Shown here: positions 12,728 through 24,006 of the stretch, piece by piece | How the letters are laid out: each line of letters opens with the position of its first letter | Numbering within the stretch: position 1 is the first letter of the stretch | From: Antedon mediterranea | Lineage: Eukaryota > Animalia > Echinodermata | Assembly (NCBI RefSeq): GCF_964355755.1 | Contig: NC_092675.1 | Coordinates: forward strand, 10,845,812-10,909,811 | Length of the DNA stretch: 64,000 bases | Direction of reading: 5' to 3' | Notes under the pieces: generated by a model | Databases searched by the model: none | What the model saw: only the letters and a program-made list of their open reading frames with translations | Told to the model about the DNA's origin: nothing | Program-made: the position numbers and the translations under genes

Positions 12728-12954
12728 TTTTAAGATTATTTTAAGTTTAAGTTTTTGTTCAACGTTTCTATGATTAGAATGAGAGAAAGTAATTGTCCTC
12801 TACTAAAATATCGGCATACAGATATGATTTACAATAAATTCATCAGGTTTTATAATTATTGTCTTGTTATTATTTTTCTATTATATTATAAGTCATTCAT
12901 CATCGTAATAATTGTTTTTCAAATTTTGATATTTGTGAACCTTATAATTTTGGA

Positions 12955-13260
12955 CATTTTGGAATCGAGATGGTGGTTATTCGGTCACACCCTCAGATTG
13001 CAAAAGGAAGTCCCAGCCAATAAAGCAAAACTATTATTTTGAAAAATGTAAGCAACAAAAGTATAGAGGACGACCACGATCCACACTAGAATGGTAACTC
13101 TATCGAACGACCTGATCACCCTTCATAAACATTCATCAACTGCACTATACCCTCTAGGATCAAAAGCATAAAAGAGCCTAGAAACGATTCGGAGAATAGC
13201 AGAGAAAAGACAGGACTGGAGGAAAGCAATCCGAGATATAAGCAAAGCAGCAACTAAATT
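12955..13260 (+). mobile_element. Degraded RTE-type LINE 3' fragment
   Basis: RWWLFGHTLRL...PANKA...RGRPR...DWR motif order of RTE ORF C-termini. A related fragment lies at 63040-63526. Confidence 0.6.
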
Positions 13261-14006
13261 TATAATGTTGTTGTTGCCACTATGTCACAAAAAAAGTAGT
13301 AGTAGTAGTCAATTTTCCTCGATCATTGAAACACTTTGAATAAACCAAGTTATATACAGGACCGCTGGTATGTTATTACTGCGAAACTATATCGCACCCA
13401 ATCTAATTACGTTTACAATATACATTTAGATTTGTAAACATTATTCAAATAATATATACAAAAGTTGCGAAAAACAATTAGACATAATAGATAGATATAA
13501 AATAATTTATAAATTGAAAAAGAAAATTGTAATGGACGCCCCAATTCATGTGATGTTACCCCCATTTATTTCAACCACTCTCTTCTTGACAATTCAAAGC
13601 AATTGATGGATTCAAAATCAATTATGTTTAGTTTAGGCTACATAATGTCAAAATGAATATAGTCAAATGCTTTTTTCACACATATAAATGTATAGGCTTT
13701 TATTCTCACTATAACTATAAAATCTTAGCTGTACTTAATATACTGATGCCTGTCTGTATTTGTTGTAAATCTTTCGGAATTGACATCATGCGGAGAGATT
13801 CATAAATGATCGGATGAATATTAAGATTCTAAGCCTTGAGTTAAGACTTCCTCATAGCCCGGTCGTTAGTGGATGGATGGTCGTTTTTTAGAAAGTTTGT
13901 CGCTTACGAGAGAGGTGGATAGACTGATAGCTATACATCTACATTAGCGGTGGATTGTTCTACATTAACGGTTGTTTCGACATTTTAGCTTGCGTTTTCT
14001 ACATTA

Positions 14007-14149
14007 AGCTTGGTTCCCACTAGAACGTAACGCAAGGATGTAAACGCAACGCAACCAATGACAAGCGGCAGTTCGGATAATCCATCGCTTGTGATTGGTC
14101 AATTCACTCACGTTGCGTTACGTGTTGCGTCTCTAGTGGGAACCAAGCA
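14007..14149. mobile_element. Tourist/PIF-Harbinger MITE with TTA TSD
   Basis: TIRs agcttggttcccactaga / tctagtgggaaccaagca, with TTA on both sides (14004-14006, 14150-14152). Confidence 0.85.
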
Positions 14150-14185
14150 TTAGCGGTTGTACACGTACGCACAAGAGTACAATAT

Positions 14186-14402
14186 AATAAGTCGTACGTA
14201 CGAGATAATAAGTCGTACGTACGAGATAATAAGTCGTACGTACGAGATAATAAGTCGTACGTACGAGATAATAACTCGTACGTACGAGATAATAAGTCGT
14301 ACGTACGAGATAATAAGTCGTACGTACGAGATAATAAGTCGTACGTACAAGACAGTGGTGGCAATTTTTTTTTAACGGATGTCCCTAATGGGGCTACGTA
14401 GT
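14186..14402 (-). repeat. 21-bp tandem array (about 8 units) plus element terminus
   Basis: (ataataagtcgtacgtacgag)n followed by atgtccctaatggggctacgta, the inverted copy of the 9560 terminus. Confidence 0.85.
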
Positions 14403-14529
14403 ATTTTGGCGCAATCGAATATGTTTATATGCCTATATATAAAACATCAGAAGCAATTGATTGACGATATAAAGAAATACTGGCACTCTGGGGCTAGATG
14501 TCTCTATTTCTCCAAATGGGATAGATCCT

Positions 14530-15135
14530 CTCCTTGAAAAATGATCATTTTAAACAGTTATGGTCCTTCGTTAAAAGTTCCAGGGCTAAATCTGGCACTG
14601 ATTCGTCATCACGAGGGTATTGTGTAGGCCTACAATCCCAAGATCATAGTGAGGCCTTCACTAAAAGATTTTCAGCTAATTTTACTCACGACGACTCTGA
14701 CTACCTTTTGGATAACCGTCTTGTATTTTATCATGCTGGCTATATCCTCATTTCACTGATATTCAAACCACTGGTGGCGCTGAGATATTATCTATTATCC
14801 CCTCCTGCATTGAATCACAGATACAACAATATGCTGATGATACTCTTACATACAGAGAGCCATCAGAAACAAAGATAACCATAACGATGATTTTACAGTC
14901 GGATCTTCATGCTATCAACAACTGGTGTGTGACAAACAAAATGCTATTAAATACAGATAAATGTTTGGTGATGCATAACTAGAACAGTCGATCGTCCTGA
15001 ACAAGCATGTGATTATTTTATTGAGATGATAGATTGCCCGTTACGAATTCCATTAAATATCTTAGAATAACCTGAATCGTAAACTCACTTGGGGTGGCCA
15101 TGTCCAATATGTTAAATCTAAATCTAATCGCATGT
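14530..15135 (+). mobile_element. Highly degraded LINE RT remnant
   Basis: Fragments KQLWSFVK, QYADDT and LQSDLHAINNWCVTNKMLLNTDKC, broken by stops and indels. Confidence 0.7.
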
Positions 15136-15169
15136 ATGTCGTGATAAAGTTATTATTATATTGCGGCTA

Positions 15170-15425
15170 TACTTTACTGGCTGTTTACTTTATCGTTTTG
15201 ATTTAGCTTTTCGCTTTTTATTTTTGTATCTCCATTGAGATCCAGCCACTGATACCCACAGCATTGTCATTTTTTTCAGTAATTTGCCTTTGGATTTATA
15301 TATATATATAAATCCAAAGGCAAATTACTGAAAAAAAAAGCGAAAAGCTAAATCAAAACGATAAAGTAAACAGCCAGAAAAGTTAGCAGAGCTTTCGGGC
15401 AACACTAGCCCTTCATCAGTGCAAG
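15170..15425 (-). mobile_element. Penelope-like element end with inverted duplication
   Basis: 15170-15228 is the reverse complement of 15338-15385, and 15270-15338 is a palindrome centred on (TA)n. A hammerhead motif is adjacent. Confidence 0.6.
15386..15423 (-). ncRNA. Minimal type I hammerhead ribozyme
   Basis: Minus strand: gca CTGATGA a gggc tagtgtt gccc GAAA gc TC tgc. It has the core boxes, stem II gggc/gccc, stem I gca/tgc and a palindromic AGCT in place of stem III. Confidence 0.75.
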
Positions 15426-15559
15426 TGAAGGAATTTGGATAACGTCAGAGTATAAAGCTGGCAAGTGCTGCCTGGGTGGACAGGAATAATAGAAATATAA
15501 CAAAGGGAGCCAGGGTGGAGTCTGAATAAGAGTGGAAAACAAAGAAGGTAGCTTGGTAG

Positions 15560-15590
<31 letters not shown>

Positions 15591-15896
15591 GGTTGAAATT
15601 TTCAGACCGTTTGGATAGAGTGCTCAATACCAAGGTAGAGCATAAATAAATAAAATAACAGCAGAAAACTTATTAAATTTATGTATATATGAAAATATGT
15701 TATTATATGTCAACCAGAGCTATGCTCACTGAACCGTAAGAACGAGTTAGTCTCTACTTGTAGACATAGGAAAAAATTCTTACTAAATTGCAGATCCAAA
15801 CAGTTTATCTAAAACAATAGGCTATTGTATACGACTTCCTGATGACTCACTTTTATTAAGCACTATGAGACAACTGTGTAGCTTATGTTTTATATT

Positions 15897-15952
15897 TCAC
15901 CTGAAGAGTGCGGCCAGCTACATGCTGGTCGTACGAAACAAATTTGTAGTGA
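15897..15952 (+). ncRNA. Type I hammerhead ribozyme
   Basis: tcac CTGAAGA gtgcggccagc tacat gctggtcgtac GAAAC aaattt GTA gtga. Stem I tcac/gtga, 11-bp stem II, palindromic acaaatttgt stem III region, GUA cleavage triplet. Confidence 0.88.
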
Positions 15953-16270
15953 TTAAAACAATGAAGTAACCAAGTTTTCTGCTGTTATTTTATTTATATA
16001 TATATATATATATACAAATCAGGCAAAGAACATTAATTCTAAACCGCCCGGTGTATAAACACATCAGGCAATGAACATTAATTCTAAACCGCCCGGTGAT
16101 ATACTGAAATTTAATTAATTAATTTGAAACGATAAAGATGTGTATATATATATATATAAATCATACTGTAAATTATAGAAACAGTGCTCATATTCGGAAC
16201 ATGATCTCATAATCGCGTCGAGCATAGCTCATTGGCGAAAGTTCCGTATTTTTTAGTTGTATGAAAAAAT

Positions 16271-16341
16271 GTCTCTGGCTGGATTCGAACCTGCAACCTC
16301 TCGCTTACAGGGCGAGTATCATACCACTAGACCACAGAGCC
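16271..16341 (-). pseudogene. tRNA-like module (tRNA-Pro-like body, TGT anticodon), copy 1
   Basis: GGCTCTGTGGTCTAGTGGTATGATACTCGCCCTGTAAGCGAGAGGTTGCAGGTTCGAATCCAGCCAGAGAC then a T-run. A and B boxes are intact; one mismatch each in the acceptor and T stems. Confidence 0.7.
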
Positions 16342-16640
16342 ATGCATGGTATTATTACAGATTTTCACCCACCAGATACATTCTCTCATACAACAATTAA
16401 CGCCCTCACAATCAGTGGAGGCTTAACAAGTCAGAATAAATTCCAACTTTAATTCGCAACGGTTTTTTAAATAATATTGTGTATATGTAAATCAATGATG
16501 TTGCTTAGCACTGTGTAAATTATATATAAATCATACTGTAAATTATAGAAACAGTGCTCATATTCGGAACATGATCTCATAATCGCGTCGAGCATAGCTC
16601 ATTGGCGAAAGTTCCGTATTTTTTAGTTGTATGAAAAAAT

Positions 16641-16711
16641 GTCTCTGGCTGGATTCGAACCTGCAACCTCTCGCTTACAGGGCGAGTATCATACCACTAG
16701 ACCACAGAGCC
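16641..16711 (-). pseudogene. tRNA-like module, copy 2
   Basis: Identical to 16271-16341. Confidence 0.7.
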
Positions 16712-18920
16712 ATGTATGGTATTATCACAGATTTAACAAGATTCTGACTTGTTAAGCCTCCACTGATTGTGAGGGCGTTTGTTGTATGAGAGAATGTATC
16801 TGGTGGGTGAAAATCTGTGATAATACCATACATGGCTCTGTGAAAGATTAATCTTATGTGGTTGTAGCATCCAATTTTCCAATACAGGTGCGTGGTCAGG
16901 TTTGTGCGTTTGCGGTACATCAATGTGCGCAACCAAACGTAACCGCGCCTATAACTATATTATCTTAAAACAGGGACATTTAAATCGTGGATTGTCGGGA
17001 ACCAAACTTGGTATTAACGTAAAACTCAAGCTTTGCTCGAAATTTTAATGTCAAAATTAGCGCGTGAATCGCCGTGAATCTAAACTATCTTAATGGTTTT
17101 ATTAAAAAATTTGTTTGATATTTTTGGCCTTTATTTGGTGACATTTACCTAAAATCAAGCAATAAATGGAAATTTTATTTTTTACTGCCTAATATGGTTA
17201 ATAACAGATAAAAATTCCATACAGTATCAAATCCATTGCTTTTTTCTAGACAGCGAAATTATCAAAACTGTTGTTTTTGCTCTTTTAAAATTTACTAATA
17301 TAAAATTATTTGTATTTATATAATTTAAGATGTCTTCTTCTTAATACAATATTAAAAAGTCTAATCAAATAGCTAAGTTAAACGTATGCGACTTAAGTCT
17401 AAATATGTAGTTGCGACCCTTAAAATGGTAGAGTGTATCTTGGCACAACCGCCGCATCCCTTATTTTAGAATACGAATTTCTCCCATCATTAGTCCGTAT
17501 TAGATCTCTTTACACTCAAACTGGCAGATATAGAAAGTCATTTATTCCGAACTCCATAACTATATATAACAGTAAAACATCTAGATAAAAGATGGATCAA
17601 CTGCCGTTTTGGCTCCGGAGTTTTTTTTTAGGGTTATTCTATTATTAAAGTGGGGGTGTGTGGTTATGAATATTGTGTGCAGGTACGTCAATAGAAATGA
17701 CATTGAGAGCCCTCTTCTGTCAGTTGACTGGTTCCCGGTCTACTGCCTTGTAATTGACTTAATCATGATCGAATTCCAACAACTTAAGAATACACAAAAT
17801 GTTTACATAATTATATAACAATGTAGATCTATCTAATAATGTTTTTATTTTTTTGCAGATAAAGGAGGATCATCAATAAAATAAAATGATAAAAATTCCA
17901 GGCATTTAATATACGGTTTACTGATAAAATATAATGTACCAATGAAATAAACCTGGTGTTCTGAAACATATTTTAATAACTTTTGCCGGCCTAGCGCCTT
18001 TGTGTATCTAAATCTATCTAAATAATTAAGTTAGTACAGTATTAACAAATAAAGGGTTAGGGTTATGTATAATAAAATGATAGAAATGAGGCATTATCTA
18101 ATAATGTTTTTATTGATTTTTTTTCCAGTTTTTTATAGTTTTAAAATTCAAGTACCGTTTTTATAGCGTTATGTATCCTGTAAATGCTAACCTAAAAACG
18201 TTATCTGAATGTTTCTTTTTACGTTATAGAAATGTAATAAAATAACGGTTATTAGTGAACCTAAACATTAACCAAACACTAACGTTAGAAAACCACTGTG
18301 ATTGCTGGACTGCCACAATGGAACAATAGACCTAGGTATGTTAAACAAAGAAATCACGTCAAAGCAGGGTGGAGACGGAATTTTAAGACAAAGGCGTTCT
18401 ATACAAATGCAAATCTGGTGGTGGAATACAACATGATCAATGCTGACAGAAATTCACGTAAACTCTGCAGTAAAAAAAATGTAGAAACATTATTTGCGTA
18501 TTAAATCACTATATAAAATGTTCAGCTTGTTTAATTAATATACTGTACAATAATAACCGTACTATGATTTTCTTTTTTAACCTGTTTTGAACGTCTCTTT
18601 TATCTACTACAAGTACAAGGAATAATTTCGCCAGTGTGGCATAGCAAAAAGCTATACAAAACAACCTTATTGCTACACATTTCGAAAATTGTGTAGCAAA
18701 AAATACAATACAAAACTATCTTTCTCGACTAAATCAGTTTGATTATCAATTTTGCTAAAATTTTTCACTGTACTACAGACTCCCACTTGTAATTTTAATG
18801 CTAGTCGATATATGATTTCTATACTGTACTTACTGTTTATTACAGCTCATACATAGTTGCTATTCTCTTGAGGCTCAAGACGACCAAATAGACAGTTTGA
18901 TATCCAAGTACAACTTGTAA

Positions 18921-19661
18921 CTAGAATTTAATTCGTCACTTTGACGAATTATAGGTGATCATTTTTATCATTTTATTGACATTCATATTTTTTAAACATG
19001 CACCTACGTTAACATACAATCGGAAAATGTTGATGTATGCCATCCTATTATACGCTTATAGTGCTGAGTTGTGCCTATTTATTATGCCATATACAATATG
19101 TACAGTATATACTGTACTGTGTATATCTATATACAGTGTAGCATAGGTGAAATTACGGGACCCACATCATGTTCTAATTTTTTGGTATGATGACGTTGTC
19201 AAAATAAACTTGAAGATAACAATATCGAAAGATAATGAATTGAGTAATAAAATATAACAATTGGAAGAAAATTTGGCACGTAGAAGGGCGGTGCGCGCTA
19301 TTTAAAAATTGTATAACTTTTACGAAAGCGATGAAAAAAATACTTTTTAACTTCAACTGGCCATACGGTAACGTCACAACATCCGATAGGCTTAATTTTT
19401 ATATGAATTAATATAAGCTTCGCTTGACGACGTTACATAAATTTCAAAATGTTAACATAGTTCACAAAATGTTATGTTTGCAAGTTTCAGAGAAAAGCGT
19501 TGCACAAAAATCATACAGAAAGAAAGAAGAGAAATAAAAAGTTGATGTTGATGATGATTTCGTACAATCACAAGAGGTTATCAGCAACTTCGTTGCGGAT
19601 AACCAATAAAGATTTGATACAATAACAATAGGTGATCATTTTATTCTAAATGATCACCTAA
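18921..19661 (-). mobile_element. Non-autonomous Helitron/Helentron-type element
   Basis: Minus-strand 3' end has hairpin aattcgtca-NNN-tgacgaatt then CTAG|T. The other end has the palindrome taggtgatcattt...aaatgatcaccta, and taggtgatc recurs subterminally. Confidence 0.7.
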
Positions 19662-20794
19662 TTATGAATATTAAATTCCTGCTTCCAGACGACGTCACAC
19701 TTGGGTTTAATCAGACCTTAAAAAACCTAGTATTCGATTTTCTTTACCAAAATGATTATATATTGTACCGTTACTACTGTATTATTCCAACACGTAATTG
19801 CTATTCTCTCTCTCTCTTTTATTTCTAGGCGTTTTTTAAAGATAAATCAGTCCTTAAAAACCTAGCTATTTTGGTTTGAAATAATCATAACCTATTGTAC
19901 CGTTATGTTGATTTGTTAAACAGTACAGTACATAAAATTTCATTAAATTCAATCTTCAATTTGAATGAAAAAGCTAAACGGTAGTGTTTCAAATTTTGAG
20001 TTTAAAAAAAAATGGTTGGGAAGAATAAATATTAATAAAATATATGTAATCAGGTTAAGAAACAAAAACCGCTGTAGCATAGTTTTACTTTTTTTTATCG
20101 CTGCACAAAGGTGTCTCATTGAAGCTTACAATATTACATAATAAAGCATATAACAATATCACTCATGTCGACATGGAGCTATGTATACAAACTAAAATAT
20201 GGCACATGTATATAAACCAAGATCAGTTGTCTTCAAATCACTCATTTTTCGAAAAACTTTCAACTATATTATACAACTCCGATATTTTACTGCGTTCTCG
20301 ATTTGATTTTACTGCGATTTAAACCAAGGACCATGCTGCCGAAGATAGGACCACATTTGTTTAATGGATTTGATGACTACCTGGACTTTTTCCAACGAAG
20401 GGGTTTTTATCCAACTGCCAAGGATTGCTCGTACTGTAATGTAGGCCCCTACATAATTGTGCTGGCAACTTTTATATGGCGGTTTTAGCGTTCCATAGAT
20501 ATTATAGTGGATATTTTTCGATGTAGCCGAAGTGTTGTGAATTTATTTAGGCATTTGTTTTAATGTGGCCTATTTTTGGAAAAAATAAAGAGAAGAGAGT
20601 TGTTTATTTATTTATAATAGGCACAGGCCCACATACAAGGCTTCCATGATGTAAGTAAATATTTGTTTTCTGGTGTGGTATCCTTTTTGTCAACATAAAG
20701 GCTAGTAGGCTAGCTCTAGGCTAGGCCTAGACTAGTAGAGGCTAGGAGGTAGGCTAGGCTACCTAGCTAGGCCAAGCAAGTAGACCACCGTTAG

Positions 20795-21470
20795 GTTAGA
20801 GAATCCGACACGATATTGCGCATGCCCAGAGCTCTGGGAAGTGAATTATAGCTTGCACTAATAGTGCCACACACCACACCACCGAGAGTCGGAGTGTTAT
20901 AGGGATTTACTGTAGCCTAGATTGTCGAGTCGTTGCGCGAGCGAGAGATGGATGAAACTTGGCCTATGCCATACATGAATTAATAATTAAAATACGACTA
21001 CGCCACGCGTTAAAATAATTATAATGATATTAATAAGAATCAGTATCTACTAAGAATCGTAATGCTGTTTTTAACGTTACGACCCCGAATTCCCGAACAG
21101 TTTTTTCACATCCACGCGGTGGCTGCCGTCAACAAATCAACTTGTGATTGCATGTTATGTACAGTATATTAAATGCGTTATGAAAAATCATAAAACTAGT
21201 CATGTAATTATATAATTCATAATGATATGAAGTTTATATATGAATGAAGCAACCACTTTTTAATTACAAAATAAATAGGCCCACTGGTCACGTCTAACTG
21301 GTAGCCCTAGCCTAGATTAGTGGATCCCGTATTAGTAGGCATCTAGGCTAGTTCGCCGTGTGGCGCAGCTATGAAATGATCCATCGCTGTATAGTCAAAG
21401 AATTGGTATAGTATAGAGTCGCCGATTACCTCGCTCTGGGCATGCGCAATAGCGTGTCGGATTCCCTAAC
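20795..21470. mobile_element. MITE with about 38-bp imperfect TIRs
   Basis: gttagagaatccgacacgatattgcgcatgcccagagc / gctctgggcatgcgcaatagcgtgtcggattccctaac. Confidence 0.75.
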
Positions 21471-21544
21471 ACTGGGCAGTTGAGTTCTGGTGCCGGAATC
21501 CTAACCACGGCGATTATTAAAACCCAGTTTTATTACATTATAAA

Positions 21545-21760
21545 TACCAATCGTTATGATCTCGCTTACGATTTTATTCCTGCTAACAAAGACTGTTAGT
21601 TATTGCCACTCATTATATCCCAAATCGATCCTTGAATGGAACAATTTGCCTTTCAAAGTCCGCGATGCTCCAAATACCAAGACCTTCAAATCCGAACTTG
21701 AACAAGTAAACATTAACGACCTGATATCCACCGCCCACTATTTAAAATAACTGCTGCACA
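21545..21760 (+). mobile_element. LINE 3'-terminal ORF fragment
   Basis: SLYPKSILEWNNLP...FK resembles the conserved SFFPRTI-x-WN-x-LP C-terminus of CR1/L2/Jockey-group ORF2. Confidence 0.55.
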
Positions 21761-22286
21761 TTAGACCCCGAACTGCGTGCAACGACAACCTAGGAAGGTG
21801 TTTGTACGAGTCGCATACTAAATGGAAAAAACTATGGTGCTAGTTCCGTTTAACACTTTTGGTTTTTTTTTATAAAATTTAAATTACATTGTGTGATTTT
21901 ATCAATGTTGCTGTTGGAATAATATTTCTTTTCTGGAAATTTCAGAAAAGATTAAACTGTTCGAATATATTTAATAAGTATTTTAAAATCTCTATTATGG
22001 CGGATACCAGCCTCATTTTTGCTGCTAAGTGAGCAAAAGTTTTAGAATAATAGACATTTGCATTTCATAATGGTTATTACTGTATTATTATGACTAAAAA
22101 ATGACATTTAATAATACTAACTAAAAAGCATCTTATCGCTGATGATACATAAGTACTCAAACACGTGCAGGTAGGCCTTTCAGAACGTTTTATTATTTTA
22201 GTAAATAAGACGACATCCGTAGCCATGGAAAATTATCGTACATCAATCATTTGTCTAATATTGACACACTATAAAACTTGTAATTT

Positions 22287-22625
22287 TACTCGGGGTACCC
22301 GAGTCTAGGACTTACTCATTTTCTCCTCCTCTTTCTCCATCTGCACATTATTGAGTAAAAAGTGCGATTTTTAAAGTACTACTCCTCCCTTATTCGTTGT
22401 AGTATTGAGCTGGGATTTGGCATGAATATACTACAGGCACATGTCCTCAAAGCTATAGAGCCGGATTTTTTATTTTTATACCGGATGCAGCAATATGACA
22501 TCTCGAAGATGGTACCATATAGCCGTATTTGGTAGATTATTGATGTGTATGTGACGTCACATCCCGTCTTATGACGTCATTACAGCTTCATTTGCAGCAG
22601 TACCCCGAGTATCGCACATTCATGC
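22287..22625 (+). mobile_element. Helentron-associated (HINE/DINE-like) element
   Basis: Subterminal inverted repeats tactcggggtac / gtaccccgagta, short 3' hairpin, T-rich flanks. The 3' part is repeated at about 23630-23735. Confidence 0.6.
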
Positions 22626-22710
22626 TTTTTCTTTTGGTAATTAATTTGTTTAATTAAGAACCCACAGTGTGTGACACACACCACAGCGTCATGTAGTTAC
22701 CTGTATATGT

Positions 22711-22782
22711 GGAATCTTGGCGTAGTGGTTATCACGTTTGCTTAACACGCAGAAGGTACCCGGTTCGAGCCCGGGTGAAACC
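22711..22782 (+). tRNA. tRNA-Val(AAC)-like gene, acceptor stem mismatched (probable pseudogene)
   Basis: GGAATCTTGGCGTAGTGGTTATCACGTTTGCTTAACACGCAGAAGGTACCCGGTTCGAGCCCGGGTGAAACC then a T-run. D, anticodon (AAC) and T arms pair; 3 of 7 acceptor pairs fail. Confidence 0.75.
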
Positions 22783-22847
22783 TTTTTTTTTTAAACTTTA
22801 TGGTGAAAAGTACTGTATACGCAATATGATATACACAGTATATCTCA

Positions 22848-23480
22848 TTACCTCCGCCAACCTCCGCCAAGGAGGTTATATTTTCACCCCTGTATGTTTG
22901 TGTGTTTGTGAGTTTGTATGTTTGTGTGTTTGTGTGTGTCTGTGAACAGCCTGGAGGCCACAGTTTTTATCCGATTCTCACCAAATTTGGACACAATGAT
23001 CTATGCCTCAAAAGCTCGGACGAGTTCGAATTTGAGTGGAAAAGGTCATAGGTCAAGGTCACAACTAACAAAAAACTATATTACTGCCTAGAGACCACAG
23101 TTTTTATCCAATTCTCACCAAACTTAGCCACAATGATCAATGACTCATCATATAATTGTGGTTAAATTTTGAAGGGTCAGGGTCAAAGATCAAGGTCCAC
23201 AAAAAACAAAACAAAAATAAATAATAAAAAATAATAATAAAAAAAAACAAAAAAAAACCTCAGTGGGACTTGAACCACCGATCTCAACTGTGAGAGGCTG
23301 GATACATAACCATTACACCAAACTCTCATCCACAACTTTGTATGGTGTAGTTAGCCTATTTACACTTAGAACTCATAAAAAAAATTAAAACAAATATATA
23401 TTGTATATATTTTCTGGGGACATTTCATGTAGAGGAATTTTACAGTAGCCGGAGGTTTGTACTCTCGGAGTACCCTCTAG
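22848..23480 (+). mobile_element. Helitron/Helentron-type non-autonomous element, copy 1
   Basis: Starts ttacctccgccaaggaggtt with a TG-rich microsatellite and ends ggaggtttgtactctcggagtaccctCTAG|tt. Highly similar to 48422-48993. Confidence 0.8.
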
Positions 23481-24006
23481 TTTTTATTATTTTTTTACAT
23501 ACTTATTTTGTGTAATCGGTAATTATAACTTTTACACAATGTTTATTTTGCTTTGTGCTTATTACCATATTTATTTGTAATGTAAATGCATTAAAAAACT
23601 TTGTGTAACCCACATTTTTTGTGTAAGAGGTATTTGGTACCGAGGTTATTGATGTGTATGTGACATCACATCCCGTCTTATGACGTCATTACAGATTCTT
23701 TTTCTGTACCCCGAGTATCGCACATTCGTGCTTGTTTTTTTTAAAGAAATCTCCGGTTAGACAGATCATTTTACTGAATTATTTAAGAAAAAAATAAATG
23801 GAAAACGATCATACGTGACATCATTGTTTATTTGACACCCTATAAATGTTTTTTTTTTTTTTTATAAAAGTGGAATCCTGGTAAGAAATCTAAGAGTAAT
23901 TCGACCCCACAGCCGTTTTTTTTCTAAAAACATGGAGTTCTTAATTCAATCAATCTTATATACCAATAAAATGTACGTTTTTAATGGTTATTAAATCTAA
24001 TATTAA

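Larger units (their letters stand above)
16020..16840. mobile_element. Composite repeat with direct (370-bp period) and inverted copies carrying tRNA-like modules
   Basis: About 16150-16364 is repeated at 16520-16734. 16741-16840 is the reverse complement of 16333-16437. A partial copy lies at about 47172-47276. Confidence 0.8.

Noticed and set aside
14104-14375. SRTYDLL / SYVRLII repeat ORFs (also 9478-10028)
   Set aside because: Artefacts of a stop-free 21-bp tandem repeat, open in several frames on both strands.
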